Source of the DNA: Polymyxa betae A26-41
Lineage: Eukaryota; Protista; Endomyxa: Phytomyxea
Reading direction: 5' to 3'
DNA: 64,000 nt
Assembly (NCBI GenBank): GCA_003693705.1
Contig: RBZT01000525.1
Location: 1 to 64,000 of the forward strand
Shown here one piece after another: positions 12,598 to 23,976 of this stretch; position 1 is the stretch's first letter, and the number at the start of each line of letters is the position of its first letter. The translations under genes were made by a program, and so were the position numbers. Below the pieces are notes generated by a model. That model was not told the origin of the DNA. It saw nothing but the letters and a program-made list of their open reading frames with translations, and made no database searches.

Positions 12598-13860
12598 TCA
12601 GAAAGCGCTATTGAAGAACGCCATCGTCTCGCCAATGTGACCCTGCATATCCGGGCCCTGTACCATCAGATCCGGATTGTAGAGCAGCTTATGAGCGAAC
12701 GACAACGTCGGCGACACAGGCGCCGTGACGTCGGCGGCCATGGCGTACGCCGCCACCTGAGCTGCTTGCAGCTGCGGGTCGTTCTTCCGCCGGCAAGCGG
12801 CGCAAACGCAGATGCCCAGACAGGAAGGGCATTCCCAATCGCGGCTGTTCTTCGCTGGCAGCCTGGCCTGATAGTTGAACTTGATGATGCAATGATCGCA
12901 GAACTTCTTCCGACAGATCTGCCAGCGCTATTAATGACTCAATGAATGCCACGAAATCAAGCCCGACCAACCTTTTTCTTTTTGTCGTCGCCCGTGCATC
13001 TCGTCCGGTTTCTGCAAAAATTCAGGTGACGTGATTCACGACGGTTCTTGCATTGATGACAGCTACTGCCGGACGTCTTCTTCAGGACGGCGTCGACGGC
13101 CGATTCCGGCGTCAACGGCTCCTCTTGTGGCGGCGACGACGACCGCAGCTGCTGCTGTCGTTGTGGTTGCGGTTGTTGTGGCTGTTCGGAGGATGTCTGC
13201 TTGATCTGGAGCGACGGATTCTGCTGTGTCGGATATGTCGCCGTCGGGGCGAAATACGGCATCGATTCCGACGCCAGATGAGGCATATCGAACGTCACCG
13301 GGAACCCACCGCTCGGGTAAGCGTCCAGCGGTGCTGGGCGGGCGTACCCGACCGCCGCATCCACCGGTTGGTCGCCAGAAGCAAAAGTCATCATTCCCGA
13401 ACCGAAATCGTCCAGACGCCGGCGTTTCATTCCTGCAAACGAATGAGACGGGAAGGATACGACGCCGCGACCGGGCCTCACCTGCCAGAGCTTCGCATGG
13501 GATCGGGACAGGAGCGGCTAGGGTCGCATACGAGAACGACGGGTTCGGCGTGCCGTGCTGGTCCATGAGGAAGCCATTCCCATTCTGAGCGCTGCCGTCG
13601 AGGAACGAGGGGAAATACGACGTGGATGGGTCGACCGAGGAAACGACCGAGTTCGCGGCCGTACCAGCCCGTAAAGCGATGGGAGCGACTGGCGGAAGTC
13701 CGGTGAGGTTGGAGGCGGAGAAGAGCGGTGAGAAATTGGTGTATGAGGGAGCCTGGAGCGGCCCGTCTGTCGGCGTACCAAGGCCGAATCCGCCGACCGA
13801 TTCGCCGACGGCGGCGCCGGCGTCGTCCTCGTGGTTCGTGTTGTGCGCAGCCGGGTCCAT
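12598..13860 (-). CDS. zf-4CXXC_R1-type zinc-finger protein with a long disordered N-terminus
   Basis: GSSCHQCKNRR...FC...ICRKKFCDHCIIKFNY...WECPSCLGICVCAACRRK after removing two GT-AG introns; GC-rich CDS. Confidence 0.82.
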
Positions 13861-14868
13861 GAAACCCGGCAGAGAGCGCGGCGCGGAGGTTAGTCGCAGA
13901 GAGCGATCGGCGCCCGATAGAATGCAGCTGGAGATGGCGGAATTGCGCAAACTGCGGACCTTTAACGACTGAGCCCCAATGAATGGTCGACAAGACCTGA
14001 CGCAATATCCGAAATTATGCGTCACTTTCGCAGGTTCCGTTCCAGTGGCGCAGATTTTATAAAGTTGCGTGATTGATCTCTCTCTTGTTTTATAGCAAGT
14101 CTCATCTCGGTTGAATGTGTCTGCAAGGTGTCGTAGGAAGTTCTCTCAGGAATGATGTTCAGATTATATTATAATAGCACATTGGGAGATTCGTGAAAGC
14201 AAGAACCTGCTTGTTTTTTGAAGGTCAGTGGTACAACGGAGATAGCCACTCCTTTAAGTTGAACATGCTGATTAAAATGTGTGAAGGTATTAATTGCAGT
14301 TTACCTATCACATCGACTCCAACAACGCATTGAGCGATAAGGAGCGAGAAACATGAACTGGCAAATAATTGATGTATTTAGTAACTACAACATCCATGCA
14401 AGGACATTGTGACCCTTTCTAAAAACGTCCTGAAGCATTCCATTTCACACTTTCAGTGAACAGTTTTTTTAAATAAAAAAAATGGAATTAATTTGGAATA
14501 AATAAACAGACAGGAAACTAGAGAAAAACGTCTGCGATACACGATTTCTAACAAATCTGTCAGTCTAGGAGCATTTCTCGGTTAGATCTGCTTATATATT
14601 CCGAGGAAAGCATCCATGAAGACGGCACGACGCAGCTCAATCTAGAATGTGACCGGAGGCAAATTGCCTGAGCGATCCTTCCGGACCCAGTTTAAACCGT
14701 CACCCAACACCGACGAAAGTCACAACCAGCCTCCAGAACGCTGATAGAAGCGGGAATAGAGAGGTCAGCCATACTGGTGAGCGCCGACCACCATAACAGA
14801 GGGCCCATCTGAATCTCTGAACAAACCTGTCTCTCTCTCTCTGCGCAGTTCATTATTGCTATCGTCCG

Positions 14869-16925
14869 ATGTTAGATCTCGTGTCAGTTTTTTCCACTTG
14901 TGGCCTGGTGCTTTGGTCTCGACGTCTATCGCACGACGCCGATGGTGTACTGGTCGAGTTTGTTCGCAGCGTGCTCCTGACCGATCATGTCGGTCGCACC
15001 AAATTTGACGCCGGGAACTACATCGTCAAATGGACTCTTGATAATAGCCATAATCTCGGTATGTTTCAAGAGTTGGTTCGGGATCGTTTCGTTGACTGAA
15101 AGATCGATAGTTTTCGTCGCTGTTTATCTGAATATCACTAATTTATTCTATGTGGATACATTCTTGGATCGTATCAAAGCCAAATTTATCGACATGTTCG
15201 ATAAAGTTGACTTCCCAAGGTCACACATCGCTGATTTCAACGATTTCGATATTGTCTTTGATAATACTCTCGATAAATATGAAAACGGGAAGATAGCCAA
15301 ACAGATTGCACCTACGTTCTCTGCTGCCAAGAAGCAGCCCGAGGCTAGACAAACATCGACTTCGTCATCAAGTATGAAGCTTTAAATTGATGTCATTGTT
15401 CCTGATTGATTTCATTAGATAAAACGGGCACCACCAATACTCCACAATGCGAGGAAGAAGAAAACGACGATGAGGATGAGCCTGTCGTAGCGGACGAAAA
15501 AAATAATTCTGAAGCGTCTGCCGTTTTACAGCGTTTGAAAATGGCGGGTGGTCGCCGTGGTCGTGGAGGTGTCACATCTGCAAAGGCAAAACCCATGCAG
15601 GCAAAACCATTGGAAAAGGGTCAAAAGCAATCCAAGAAACGAGTTCAAAGCTGCTACTTTTCAAAGCTCAAACGCTGATTTTCATATAGACTTGGGGTGC
15701 TGTCCCAAAACATGCTGAAGTAGAGAAACTGGACCATACCGCTTCTGAGGCAAATTCCCCATCTGAACCTTCTGCCATCAAGAAGGTCGAAATTCGCAGC
15801 CGCGACGAGGATTCCGGTTATGACACATCCGATGTTGAAATCGAAGACTCCAGCCGATCATCGAATATCTTCGGGTATTTTCAGGGTGATAATCCCTTTA
15901 GTGGATTACTTGCGATTAACGGGACTGGCTAGGTTTGATTGGGAAAAAGCTCGAGAGAAGCGATTTGCTTCCTGCGCTTGAATCGATGAAGTGCAATCTA
16001 ATGGCAAAGAACGTCGCTTCTGATATTGCCGACTCTATCTGTGAATCCGTTTGTGCAACGCTGCTTGGAAAGAACTTGTCGTCACTGCAGATTAAATCTG
16101 CTGTTCGTCAATCAATCGAGGGCACTCTGTTTCGTGTCTTGTCGTCGTCCACTGATACCGACGTTATTCGCCGCGTTCAAAAAGTCAACAATGAAGAAAA
16201 GAGGCCTTTCTCGATTGTCTTTGTGGGCGTCAATGGGGTTGGAAAATCTACATCGCTTTCTAAAATCTGCTATTATCTGCTTTCAAAGAAATTGACAGTA
16301 TCAATGGTGGCTTGCGATACGTTTCGAGCTGGTGCCGTTGAGCAGTTGAAGACTCATGCCAATGCTCTTGGTGTGGAGCTGTTTCAACGAGGTATCAACA
16401 TTTGAGTTCGGATTTCAGCTCTATTGATTGACCATTGGATTAAGGCTACAACAAAGACCCATCGTCCGTTGCTATGGATGGTATTGAATGGGCTCGTCGC
16501 CAAGGTCACAATGTCGTTTTGGTTGACACTGCTGGACGGATGCAAGATAACGAGCCGTTAATGAAAGCCTTGTCGAAGCTAATTATCCAAAATCGGCCTG
16601 ATCTGGTGCTTTTTGTTGGGGAAGCTCTCGTCGGGAACGATGGGGTGGATCAGTTAAATAAGTTCAATCTTTCCCTAAGCAATTTATCTACTGAATCAAA
16701 GCCACGCCTGATTGATGGAATTGTGTTGACCAAATTCGACACCATTGATGATAAGGTCTGCATCACGCCTGAGGCAAAGCTTGTCTTATTTCTTCATAGG
16801 TTGGTGCTGCGATCAGCATGACGTACACTGCAGGTATCCCGATCATGTTTGTTGGTGTTGGGCAAGATTACAGCGACATGCGCCGAATGAATGTGAAATC
16901 AGTCATCAAGAAGCTGCTTAAATAG
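14869..16925 (+). CDS. SRPRA: Signal recognition particle receptor alpha subunit
   Basis: N-terminal longin/SRX domain ([16 protein letters not shown]), [70 protein letters not shown]. Confidence 0.97.
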
Positions 16926-16958
16926 GAGTAGCTTTTTATTGGCACAATAATACATCAA

Positions 16959-18026
16959 TCAAGAACGTTTAGCTCCACAGTTGCCGCAGAAGTTCCCGCT
17001 TGGCATCGCCCCACCGCATGCTTTGCACGCGTTCGCTGTTAACTCGTATCTCAAAGAAGTGTATTGAAGACAGGTTTCACCGTACTGACCCTTATCTTGC
17101 GATTTCTTCTGTTCTGCTTTAATGATTTCTACGTTTTGGATTATTTGGCGATCCAGAATGATATCGGGTCCACCGTCTTTCGATGCCCGTTTCTTAGCCT
17201 GCAAGCAGCGATTTGGTTTACAGTCAGCCTCAAAGTCGTTAACATACTTCTAAACCGCCCATAGCAAGAAGTGTTGGAGCTGCATGTGCCTGAGCTAATT
17301 GCTCTTCAGTGAAGTTTCGCTCATTTTTTTGAGCTATCTTAAGATGACCAATGTAGGGACCACGAAATGTCGGTACATTTCGGGAATAAACAGCCAAAGC
17401 GTGAATACCTGCATGAACGCATCATCTCAGATGATGCCAATCGAACAACTCGATTCATACTTTCAATGACATGCACAATGTTCTTGTTATCGTACAGATC
17501 TGTTAGAAATTTCAGCATTTGATCCTGACCCATCTTGTAAACATACCTTGAGTGTCGAACAGGTCAGTATTTCGCATTCCGAGCTCGCGGCATCTAATTT
17601 AGCAAATGGCAACGCTTGTCATTGCATCATTATTTTTCAAAGCTTACCCGTTGAGGAAATAGGAGATGTTCTCGCGTTGCATGAAAGGCATCGATTGCGT
17701 GTTGATTTTAGGAACTATGCTTGAATGTTAGATATCACAGACATCCAGAATGCGACCACGAAGCAAACCTGCATCCTTCTTGATGCAATTCAAGAGTTTA
17801 CACAGCAACATTCCCGATTTCAGTGATTCCTGGAATCCGCCTTGGAATCGAGTTCCAGTTACCTGAGATAGTATCTGATGAACTACAGAGTCTGTGCTTT
17901 GTGACTATAGTTGACCTGTTCGATCCAGTCTTGAACTTCTTTCTCTTTCGCAGGATCGTATTTCGAGGCAATCTTGGCGGCGACCTCTTTATCGAGACCG
18001 TATGCAGGAGTTTGTACTTCAGTCAT
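16959..18026 (-). CDS. Calponin/transgelin(Mp20)-like CH-domain protein with a C-terminal zinc ribbon
   Basis: YGLDKEVAAKIASKYDP, WIEQVTG, LKSGMLLCKLLN, MPFMQRENISYFL, DLFDTQDLYDNKN, KNERNFTEEQL; ends ACKACGGAMPSGNFCGNCGAKRS; 7 introns traced. Confidence 0.88.
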
Positions 18027-19252
18027 TGTCGATTGAATCAGGTTATGATTCGCTGGCGCGTGTCATGTACTGCTGTAACTACGCGATAGATCTGTATAGA
18101 AATTACTTGGAATGTTTACTTAACCACTGTACATCATATAAAGCGTATCAAGCCTGCTACGAAAGCATCTTGTGGCATTAACATCCGATTATCCCAGATG
18201 ATCAAGAAAGCGTTTACAAACTAATAAGAGAAATTGTGTAGAAAGAATCGAAATCAGCAGCCAGCTTTGCTGTGGGGTTGTGCCAAACATATCTTATTTT
18301 GAATAGAGTGAATGGATGGTTATGGCTCCACAGTATAGAATTGCCACACCTTAGCTGGGGCTTTTCGGATTTCAAAATAATAGGATATTGTGCTCACTTA
18401 TTTGAGTTGAAAGACAATTGGGACGACCATCCGTTAGAAATTCAAACCACGATAACATGAAATTTGTCATTCGCGATCGTTTACAGCTCCAGGCATACCA
18501 CAACTTGAAGTCTCACTCCTCCAACTGAGCGGTAAGAATGGCAGTCTTACAGCGTGGGATTCGAGTGCTCCATCGTTGAATCCACCAACTTCAGCAGCGC
18601 CCAACGAAGCCGAAGGTCAACAAGCCCCAAGCTGAGGGCAGTCGAGTGATCCGGTCGAAAAATTCATAGTCCTTACAGGCCTAGAAAGACATTCAAGCTG
18701 TTCACAGTTTCTGATAGGAACTAAGCAGTCGGATGAAAAAGTGGACGTCACCCAGCACATCCTGATCCTTTCTGGCTTCTGCTGATATAGCATTTGCGTT
18801 CCAGTTGATAGAGCAGGAGCATTCTGGTGATAAAACCAGAATGCTGTGACTTGTGAATTGGGACAATCCTCAAATTTGTGATCTTGAACGCAAATATAGC
18901 TGGCCACAGGTTTCAGCAACGGAAATGATATACAACTTTGGATATATCTGGAGAGAGCAACAAAGTGTTCCCAAAATCTCTTGTTAAGAAAGCACGGAAA
19001 TAATATTACCTAGGTAGTCTATGTATTCGCAAATGTAACAATTCTCATTTTCCATGAAGTTCGACGAACATTGGCAGAGAAGCTTATTCCGCTGCGGAAT
19101 GTTCTCTATCACTCATTTAGATTCTTTTAATGAGGAAGGAAAGCGCGGCAACCGAGCAAAAGTTTGATAAAACGAAGAAACTGCGCGCTGTTTCATTAAA
19201 TCCGATTTCGCATCATTTGCTTAAGATCTTTTCAAAAGTTGGGAGTCGTCCG

Positions 19253-20461
19253 ATGACGAAGAACGCTGCTTCGAACAAGTCGTCCCCGGCGGCCAAAAGG
19301 ACGCCTAAGAAAGGTGCTGCCTCCACAAAATCCTCGACGCCTAAGAATGGCGCCTCGCCAGCTCGCGCTGCGACTCCAAAGAAAGGTATGGTAGCGGCAC
19401 TCTGCGCTTATCGAAATGTCAATGACGGACGTCGTAACGCTTTAGGTCATCCTACTTTTGTCGCCATGGTATGCGAAGCCATTTCTGATATTGAAGGCAC
19501 TGTTTCGCGCCTGGCTATCGCCAAATGGATCAAGGAACATTATGATGTCAACGAGTCGACTTTCGCCAATCATCTGAAAAACGGACTGATTAAGGCCGAG
19601 GAAGATGGCAAGATTGTCAAAGTCAAAGCAAGTTATAAGCTAAAGACGACAAAGAAAACGAAAGAAGAGGCATCGAAGAAAGTCGAGACACCATCCAAGA
19701 AGAAAGTGACCAAACGTAAGGCGACGACGCCCAAGACTAAAAAGGCGGCCAAGAAACGCCGTGCTGAAAAGGAATCTGAGAGCGAAGAACCTGAAGAAGA
19801 GGAAGAAGATGGTAGCCAGGAAGAAGCTACTGTTGATGACGGCTCTCAACCAGAATCGGATGTTGGCCCTATCGAAGATATTACTGTGGAGGAACCAGTT
19901 AAAGATGAATCTGAAGATGGTGAGGATGTGCCTGGGAATGAGAATGCCGTTTCTGAAGACGATTTGAAAGCCAAAGCTGAATCCGGTCGCGAAAAGACGC
20001 AAGCTAAGTCTTCTGAACAACAGCCGGAACTGCAACCAGCTAGTTCAACTGCAACAGGTGAAGAGGCTGTTGAGAGGAGTGGTGAAGTATCATCAGTACG
20101 AAACCAACCTCAAGCTGAATCAGGCCCTGAACCCGAAGGGCAAAGCGAGCAATTAGGCGAACCGTCAGCTGAAGCCAAGGAGACCCAACAAGCTATCGAA
20201 TCTAGCGGCGAGCCATCCAGCATTGCACAAGAGCCAAAAGTGTCGGAGGTCGGGACTCCCAACGAAGAAGGTGCTGCAAAAGTGCCCGTTCTCAAATCAG
20301 AGGAAGGCAAAGTCGCTACCGAAGCTACCGAACAGGATGCCGACGCACCAGTGATCACATCAGTTCCTGTCGTGCAAGAAGCGGATGGAGACTCTGGCGC
20401 CTTCAGTAAAGCTACTCCGGTGCCTGGCGCTAACGATCCCATGGCTGTCGACACGGTATAA
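19253..20461 (+). CDS. Linker histone H1/H5-domain protein with a long acidic tail
   Basis: HPTFVAMVCEAISDIEGTVSRLAIAKWIKEHY...NHLKNGLIKAEEDGKIVKVKASYKL globular domain, S/TPKK motifs, short basic segment; probable 60-nt in-frame intron 19386-19445. Confidence 0.8.
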   Translation: MTKNAASNKSSPAAKRTPKKGAASTKSSTPKNGASPARAATPKKGMVAALCAYRNVNDGRRNALGHPTFVAMVCEAISDIEGTVSRLAIAKWIKEHYDVNESTFANHLKNGLIKAEEDGKIVKVKASYKLKTTKKTKEEASKKVETPSKKKVTKRKATTPKTKKAAKKRRAEKESESEEPEEEEEDGSQEEATVDDGSQPESDVGPIEDITVEEPVKDESEDGEDVPGNENAVSEDDLKAKAESGREKTQAKSSEQQPELQPASSTATGEEAVERSGEVSSVRNQPQAESGPEPEGQSEQLGEPSAEAKETQQAIESSGEPSSIAQEPKVSEVGTPNEEGAAKVPVLKSEEGKVATEATEQDADAPVITSVPVVQEADGDSGAFSKATPVPGANDPMAVDTV

Positions 20462-20745
20462 GCTGTCACTATGTTATTATCTTAATAGATTTTATTTTAT
20501 TCGCTGCACCGAAGTCCTACGCTTTGTCTTGGTTGCCTTGGGAATTTTTATTGTTCTATTAACCAAGGCTAATCCATCGAAAATCCCTGAATAGTTCTGC
20601 AGAACCAATGGGATTCTTGGGCCATTCGTTAAAGCGCCGTTTGCACTTACTGCAGCCAATCAGTGTCCGCCACGTGTTGTGAAACAGGCCCATCACACAA
20701 TCGGGCATTCTTCACAGAAATTGGTAATTGCCAAAGGGCAGCAGA

Positions 20746-21465
20746 ATGGAACTGGAAGTACAAACATTGACAGGGGCTAGAACCCGGATTTTGATTTCGA
20801 GATCGCGATCGACGATAGGTGACCTGAAATCGCGTTTATACGAACATTGGCAAATTCCGGTTGCTGGGCAGGTACGATTCGAATTTGACCTGAGCCCATT
20901 TTGATGATTATCACAGATTCTCGCTCACAGAGGTATTCTTCTTATTAGCAGTTGGTGGTCTCATTTCGCTTGTTGCAGGTAGGTTGCTTACCGATCGAGA
21001 TGATGCCGCTTTAGCAGAGCTTGGCGTTCTGTCCGGCGATTCGCTTGTCGTTATTTTCAGTTACAACCGCTGCTCGCCTCAGGTAAAATCGTAGCTGAAA
21101 CGATAGTCCCTAACTGCCGCTGTAGAAGTCACCGATATCAAGGACCAACACGAATATGATGCGACGTGGTCGTTCGCGGCAGGAAGCCGTTGAGGCGGTC
21201 GTGTCGACTCATAATCACGAAGAGGTCGTCGCGATAGCAATCTCGTACGACCCGGTGAAGGCCATGATTATAGAAGAAATGGGATTCTCTAATCCAGATC
21301 TCATCCGCCGGGCCCTGGTTCTGAACCGGTTCGTAGCCGCATCTTGCTTTCACACCGCATCTGGACAGAATGGTTCATAGGAATGAAATGGAAGCTTCGG
21401 TCGGTTGGCTTTCCAGACAGACCCGTTATCCAGCCTATCGCTCTTCATATAATCGTCGCTATTGA
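20746..21465 (+). CDS. Small UBL-UBA protein (ubiquitin-shuttle-like)
   Basis: MELEVQTLTG...TIGDLKSRL...IPVAGQ..L.HRGRLL.D...LAELGV ubiquitin-like domain; IEEMGFSNPDLIRRALVL...MEASVGWL UBA domain; 4 introns. Confidence 0.75.
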
Positions 21466-21786
21466 AACAGATAAAACCCAACTCTTCATCTTCTGGTCGA
21501 ATTTTTGCAAAATCGTCTTGAGTTTTTAGCCGCAACGAGAATTTTGCTGCTTAAGGTTTTGCTGAGGCTGGCGTCATCGGTCCCAAAGCGTTACCACTCT
21601 TTCTTACCAGACGCTCTCGCGAGCCATGATACAAAAGACGAGGGAGGGACGGGATTGCAGCCTGCTCTCTGCTGATAGCTTTGATAGCTGTAGGCGTGAG
21701 AGGTAGCGCGTGCTCCCATCGGCAATCCGACTGATAATTGCGGCCGCTCCCGTACTCTTTGTTTCAATCATTTCTTCTTCCAAATC

Positions 21787-23016
21787 ATGTCGTCGAAGGC
21801 TCTGGTTCTAACTGCCGCTGGTGCAGCTGTCTCTGGGGCCACGGTCGGCTGGCTCTTAGGTAGATGGCGCCGTCGCTGCCATGCGAACATGCCGGCAAAG
21901 CTCGGCATGTTCTCCCAAAGAGTGTTAGAAGATGTGATTCGAACGTATGATTGGACGGAGCAGAGCTCTATTAAGGCTGCATTTCAAGCGGTTCTTGATC
22001 GGTTAGTTAAAGAATTTGTCAATCATATCGCTTCGTTTGGTCTACCGGAAGAATTTCTGGAACGTATCCGGCATATGTGTGTGTATAATATTCGGGGAGG
22101 GAAGTACAATCGGGGCATGATCCTGGTTGGCAATACCCGGGACCTTTGTGCAGCTCAAGATATGGATCTGAAAACAGTCATCGGTCCTGCTCTGATTCTT
22201 GGATGGTGTATCGAAATTCTGCAATCGTCATTCCTGGTCGCTGATGACGTCATGGACGGCGCATTGACACGTCGTGGCCAGCCATGCTGGTATAAATTAC
22301 CTGAAGTGCAGCTGGATGCTGTCAACGATGCTCTGATATTAGAATCGTTCGTCTTCTGGCTGATCCAGGAAGAATTCCCGGCTTCAACGCACCCCGAATA
22401 CTTCGCCTCGTTCATCAATCTGTTCCGTGACGTCACTTTCAAGACTGAAATCGGGCAAGTTATGGATCTGTTATCTCAGCCTCAGGGTTGTCGCGGCCCT
22501 GAAGTTCTGAAACGATTTACCCGAGACAATCTCCGGTTGATTGTCGATTACAAGACCGCCTATTATTCATTTTACATTCCAATCGCGTGCAGCATGATAT
22601 TAACTGGTCTGAACAGTGAAGATCAGTTGCAAGCCGCCGAAGAAATCTCCATGTTGTTGGGCCGTAAATTCCAAGCGCAAGACGATTTCCTCGACTGTTA
22701 TGGGGACCCGAAAACGATCGGAAAGATTGGAACCGACATTCAGGACCATAAATGCACGTGGTTGTTGGTGGAAGCTCTCGCACGTGCGACTCCAGAACAA
22801 AGAACGATTTTAGAGCAAAATTTAGGCGTCAATGATCCGCAGAAGATCCAGAAAGTCAAAGAAGTCTATTCTCAGATCGACATTCCTGCAGTTTTCGAAA
22901 AAGCGGAAACAGAATCGTATCACTTGATCAAGCAGAGAATCAAGGAAACATCGGACAGCATTCCTTCGGTTGTTTTCGAGCGGGCTCTTGCATTGATTCA
23001 CAAGCGCGATAAATAA
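21787..23016 (+). CDS. Farnesyl diphosphate synthase family (possibly bifunctional FPP/GGPP synthase), single exon
   Basis: GGKYNRG, FARM LVADDVMD...RRGQPCWY, GQVMD, YKTAYYSF, SARM FQAQDDFLD, GKIGTDIQDHKCTW, C-terminal IHKRDK. Confidence 0.95.
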   Translation: MSSKALVLTAAGAAVSGATVGWLLGRWRRRCHANMPAKLGMFSQRVLEDVIRTYDWTEQSSIKAAFQAVLDRLVKEFVNHIASFGLPEEFLERIRHMCVYNIRGGKYNRGMILVGNTRDLCAAQDMDLKTVIGPALILGWCIEILQSSFLVADDVMDGALTRRGQPCWYKLPEVQLDAVNDALILESFVFWLIQEEFPASTHPEYFASFINLFRDVTFKTEIGQVMDLLSQPQGCRGPEVLKRFTRDNLRLIVDYKTAYYSFYIPIACSMILTGLNSEDQLQAAEEISMLLGRKFQAQDDFLDCYGDPKTIGKIGTDIQDHKCTWLLVEALARATPEQRTILEQNLGVNDPQKIQKVKEVYSQIDIPAVFEKAETESYHLIKQRIKETSDSIPSVVFERALALIHKRDK

Positions 23017-23039
23017 ACTGATTGTCTATTGCCAGATGT

Positions 23040-23546
23040 TTAAAGGATGTCGCAAAATCTCCTTCTTCGACCCTTGTAATCAAGTAGATACGTCACTTGC
23101 TTGGAATTTAAAACTCCTCGTCGTTTTGATCGCAGTAGCTCGATAGTTTTTTCTGAACTTAATCCAGCGTTTACAAGGCTCATGCCTACGAGCAACGCAG
23201 AACGGCCTAATCCAGCAGTGCAATGAACGCAAAGAGCTTTCTTTGGCTCTGCCTTAAAGAAGACCGTCACCAGATCGTCCCAGGCCTTGCTTTGGTCTTT
23301 GTCAGGAACCGATCCATCCTGCAAAGGAAACTCGACAAGCTTAATGTCGCCCAGATCATCTTGCGTGTAAGGTTGTTCTTCAGACACTCGAACAAGCAGC
23401 CGAACATTATATTCATGTAATCGCTGCACCCACAACTTCTTGAGTTCCGGAGGCGGGACGGGACTGAACACAAATCCCATACCGCCAAACTCGACCAGAA
23501 CGACGCCATCGAGCAGGGCAGAGCCAGTTGCAGGCCCTCGACCCAT
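23040..23546 (-). CDS. PRL/PTP4A-type prenylated protein tyrosine phosphatase
   Basis: CX5R loop VHCTAGLGRS, RSKRRGVLNSKQ, polybasic region plus CAAX (RRRRFCDIL). Confidence 0.9.
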   Translation of the reverse strand: MGRGPATGSALLDGVVLVEFGGMGFVFSPVPPPELKKLWVQRLHEYNVRLLVRVSEEQPYTQDDLGDIKLVEFPLQDGSVPDKDQSKAWDDLVTVFFKAEPKKALCVHCTAGLGRSALLVGMSLVNAGLSSEKTIELLRSKRRGVLNSKQVTYLLDYKGRRRRFCDIL

Positions 23547-23976
23547 ACCGACGGCTGACAGCTTAGTCGCCTGATCAAGAGAGAGCCACCTGTATCTGAT
23601 GCAACTGTTTTATGAACGGACACAAAGACACCATACACAGCGCATTCTATTACACACTGATGCAATGTTACAATTGCGGTAGCTCACGACTTGATGCCAA
23701 ATCGATGGTGGAGCCACCCATATCTGTTATCAAATTTTGCCTCGGATTTTTTGAATAGTTTTTAGTCGGCGCCGTTTGGGTTGATGATCGCGCAAGGCAG
23801 TTGGCGGCAGCCGGCAACGGCATTTAAGCAAGATATGCGGGAGAAATGGCCAGTGTCTGCAAGTGTCCGTCACGAGAGATATCAGCACGACCGGTTTCGC
23901 GTCCGATCGATCCGAAATTCTGGATTGAGGCTGATATCTTTTGGCAGCAGCGTGTGCCTTCCATTCCACAAATATC

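Noticed and set aside
13053-13972. Multiple overlapping ORFs on both strands
   Set aside because: Expected shadow ORFs of a GC-rich CDS.
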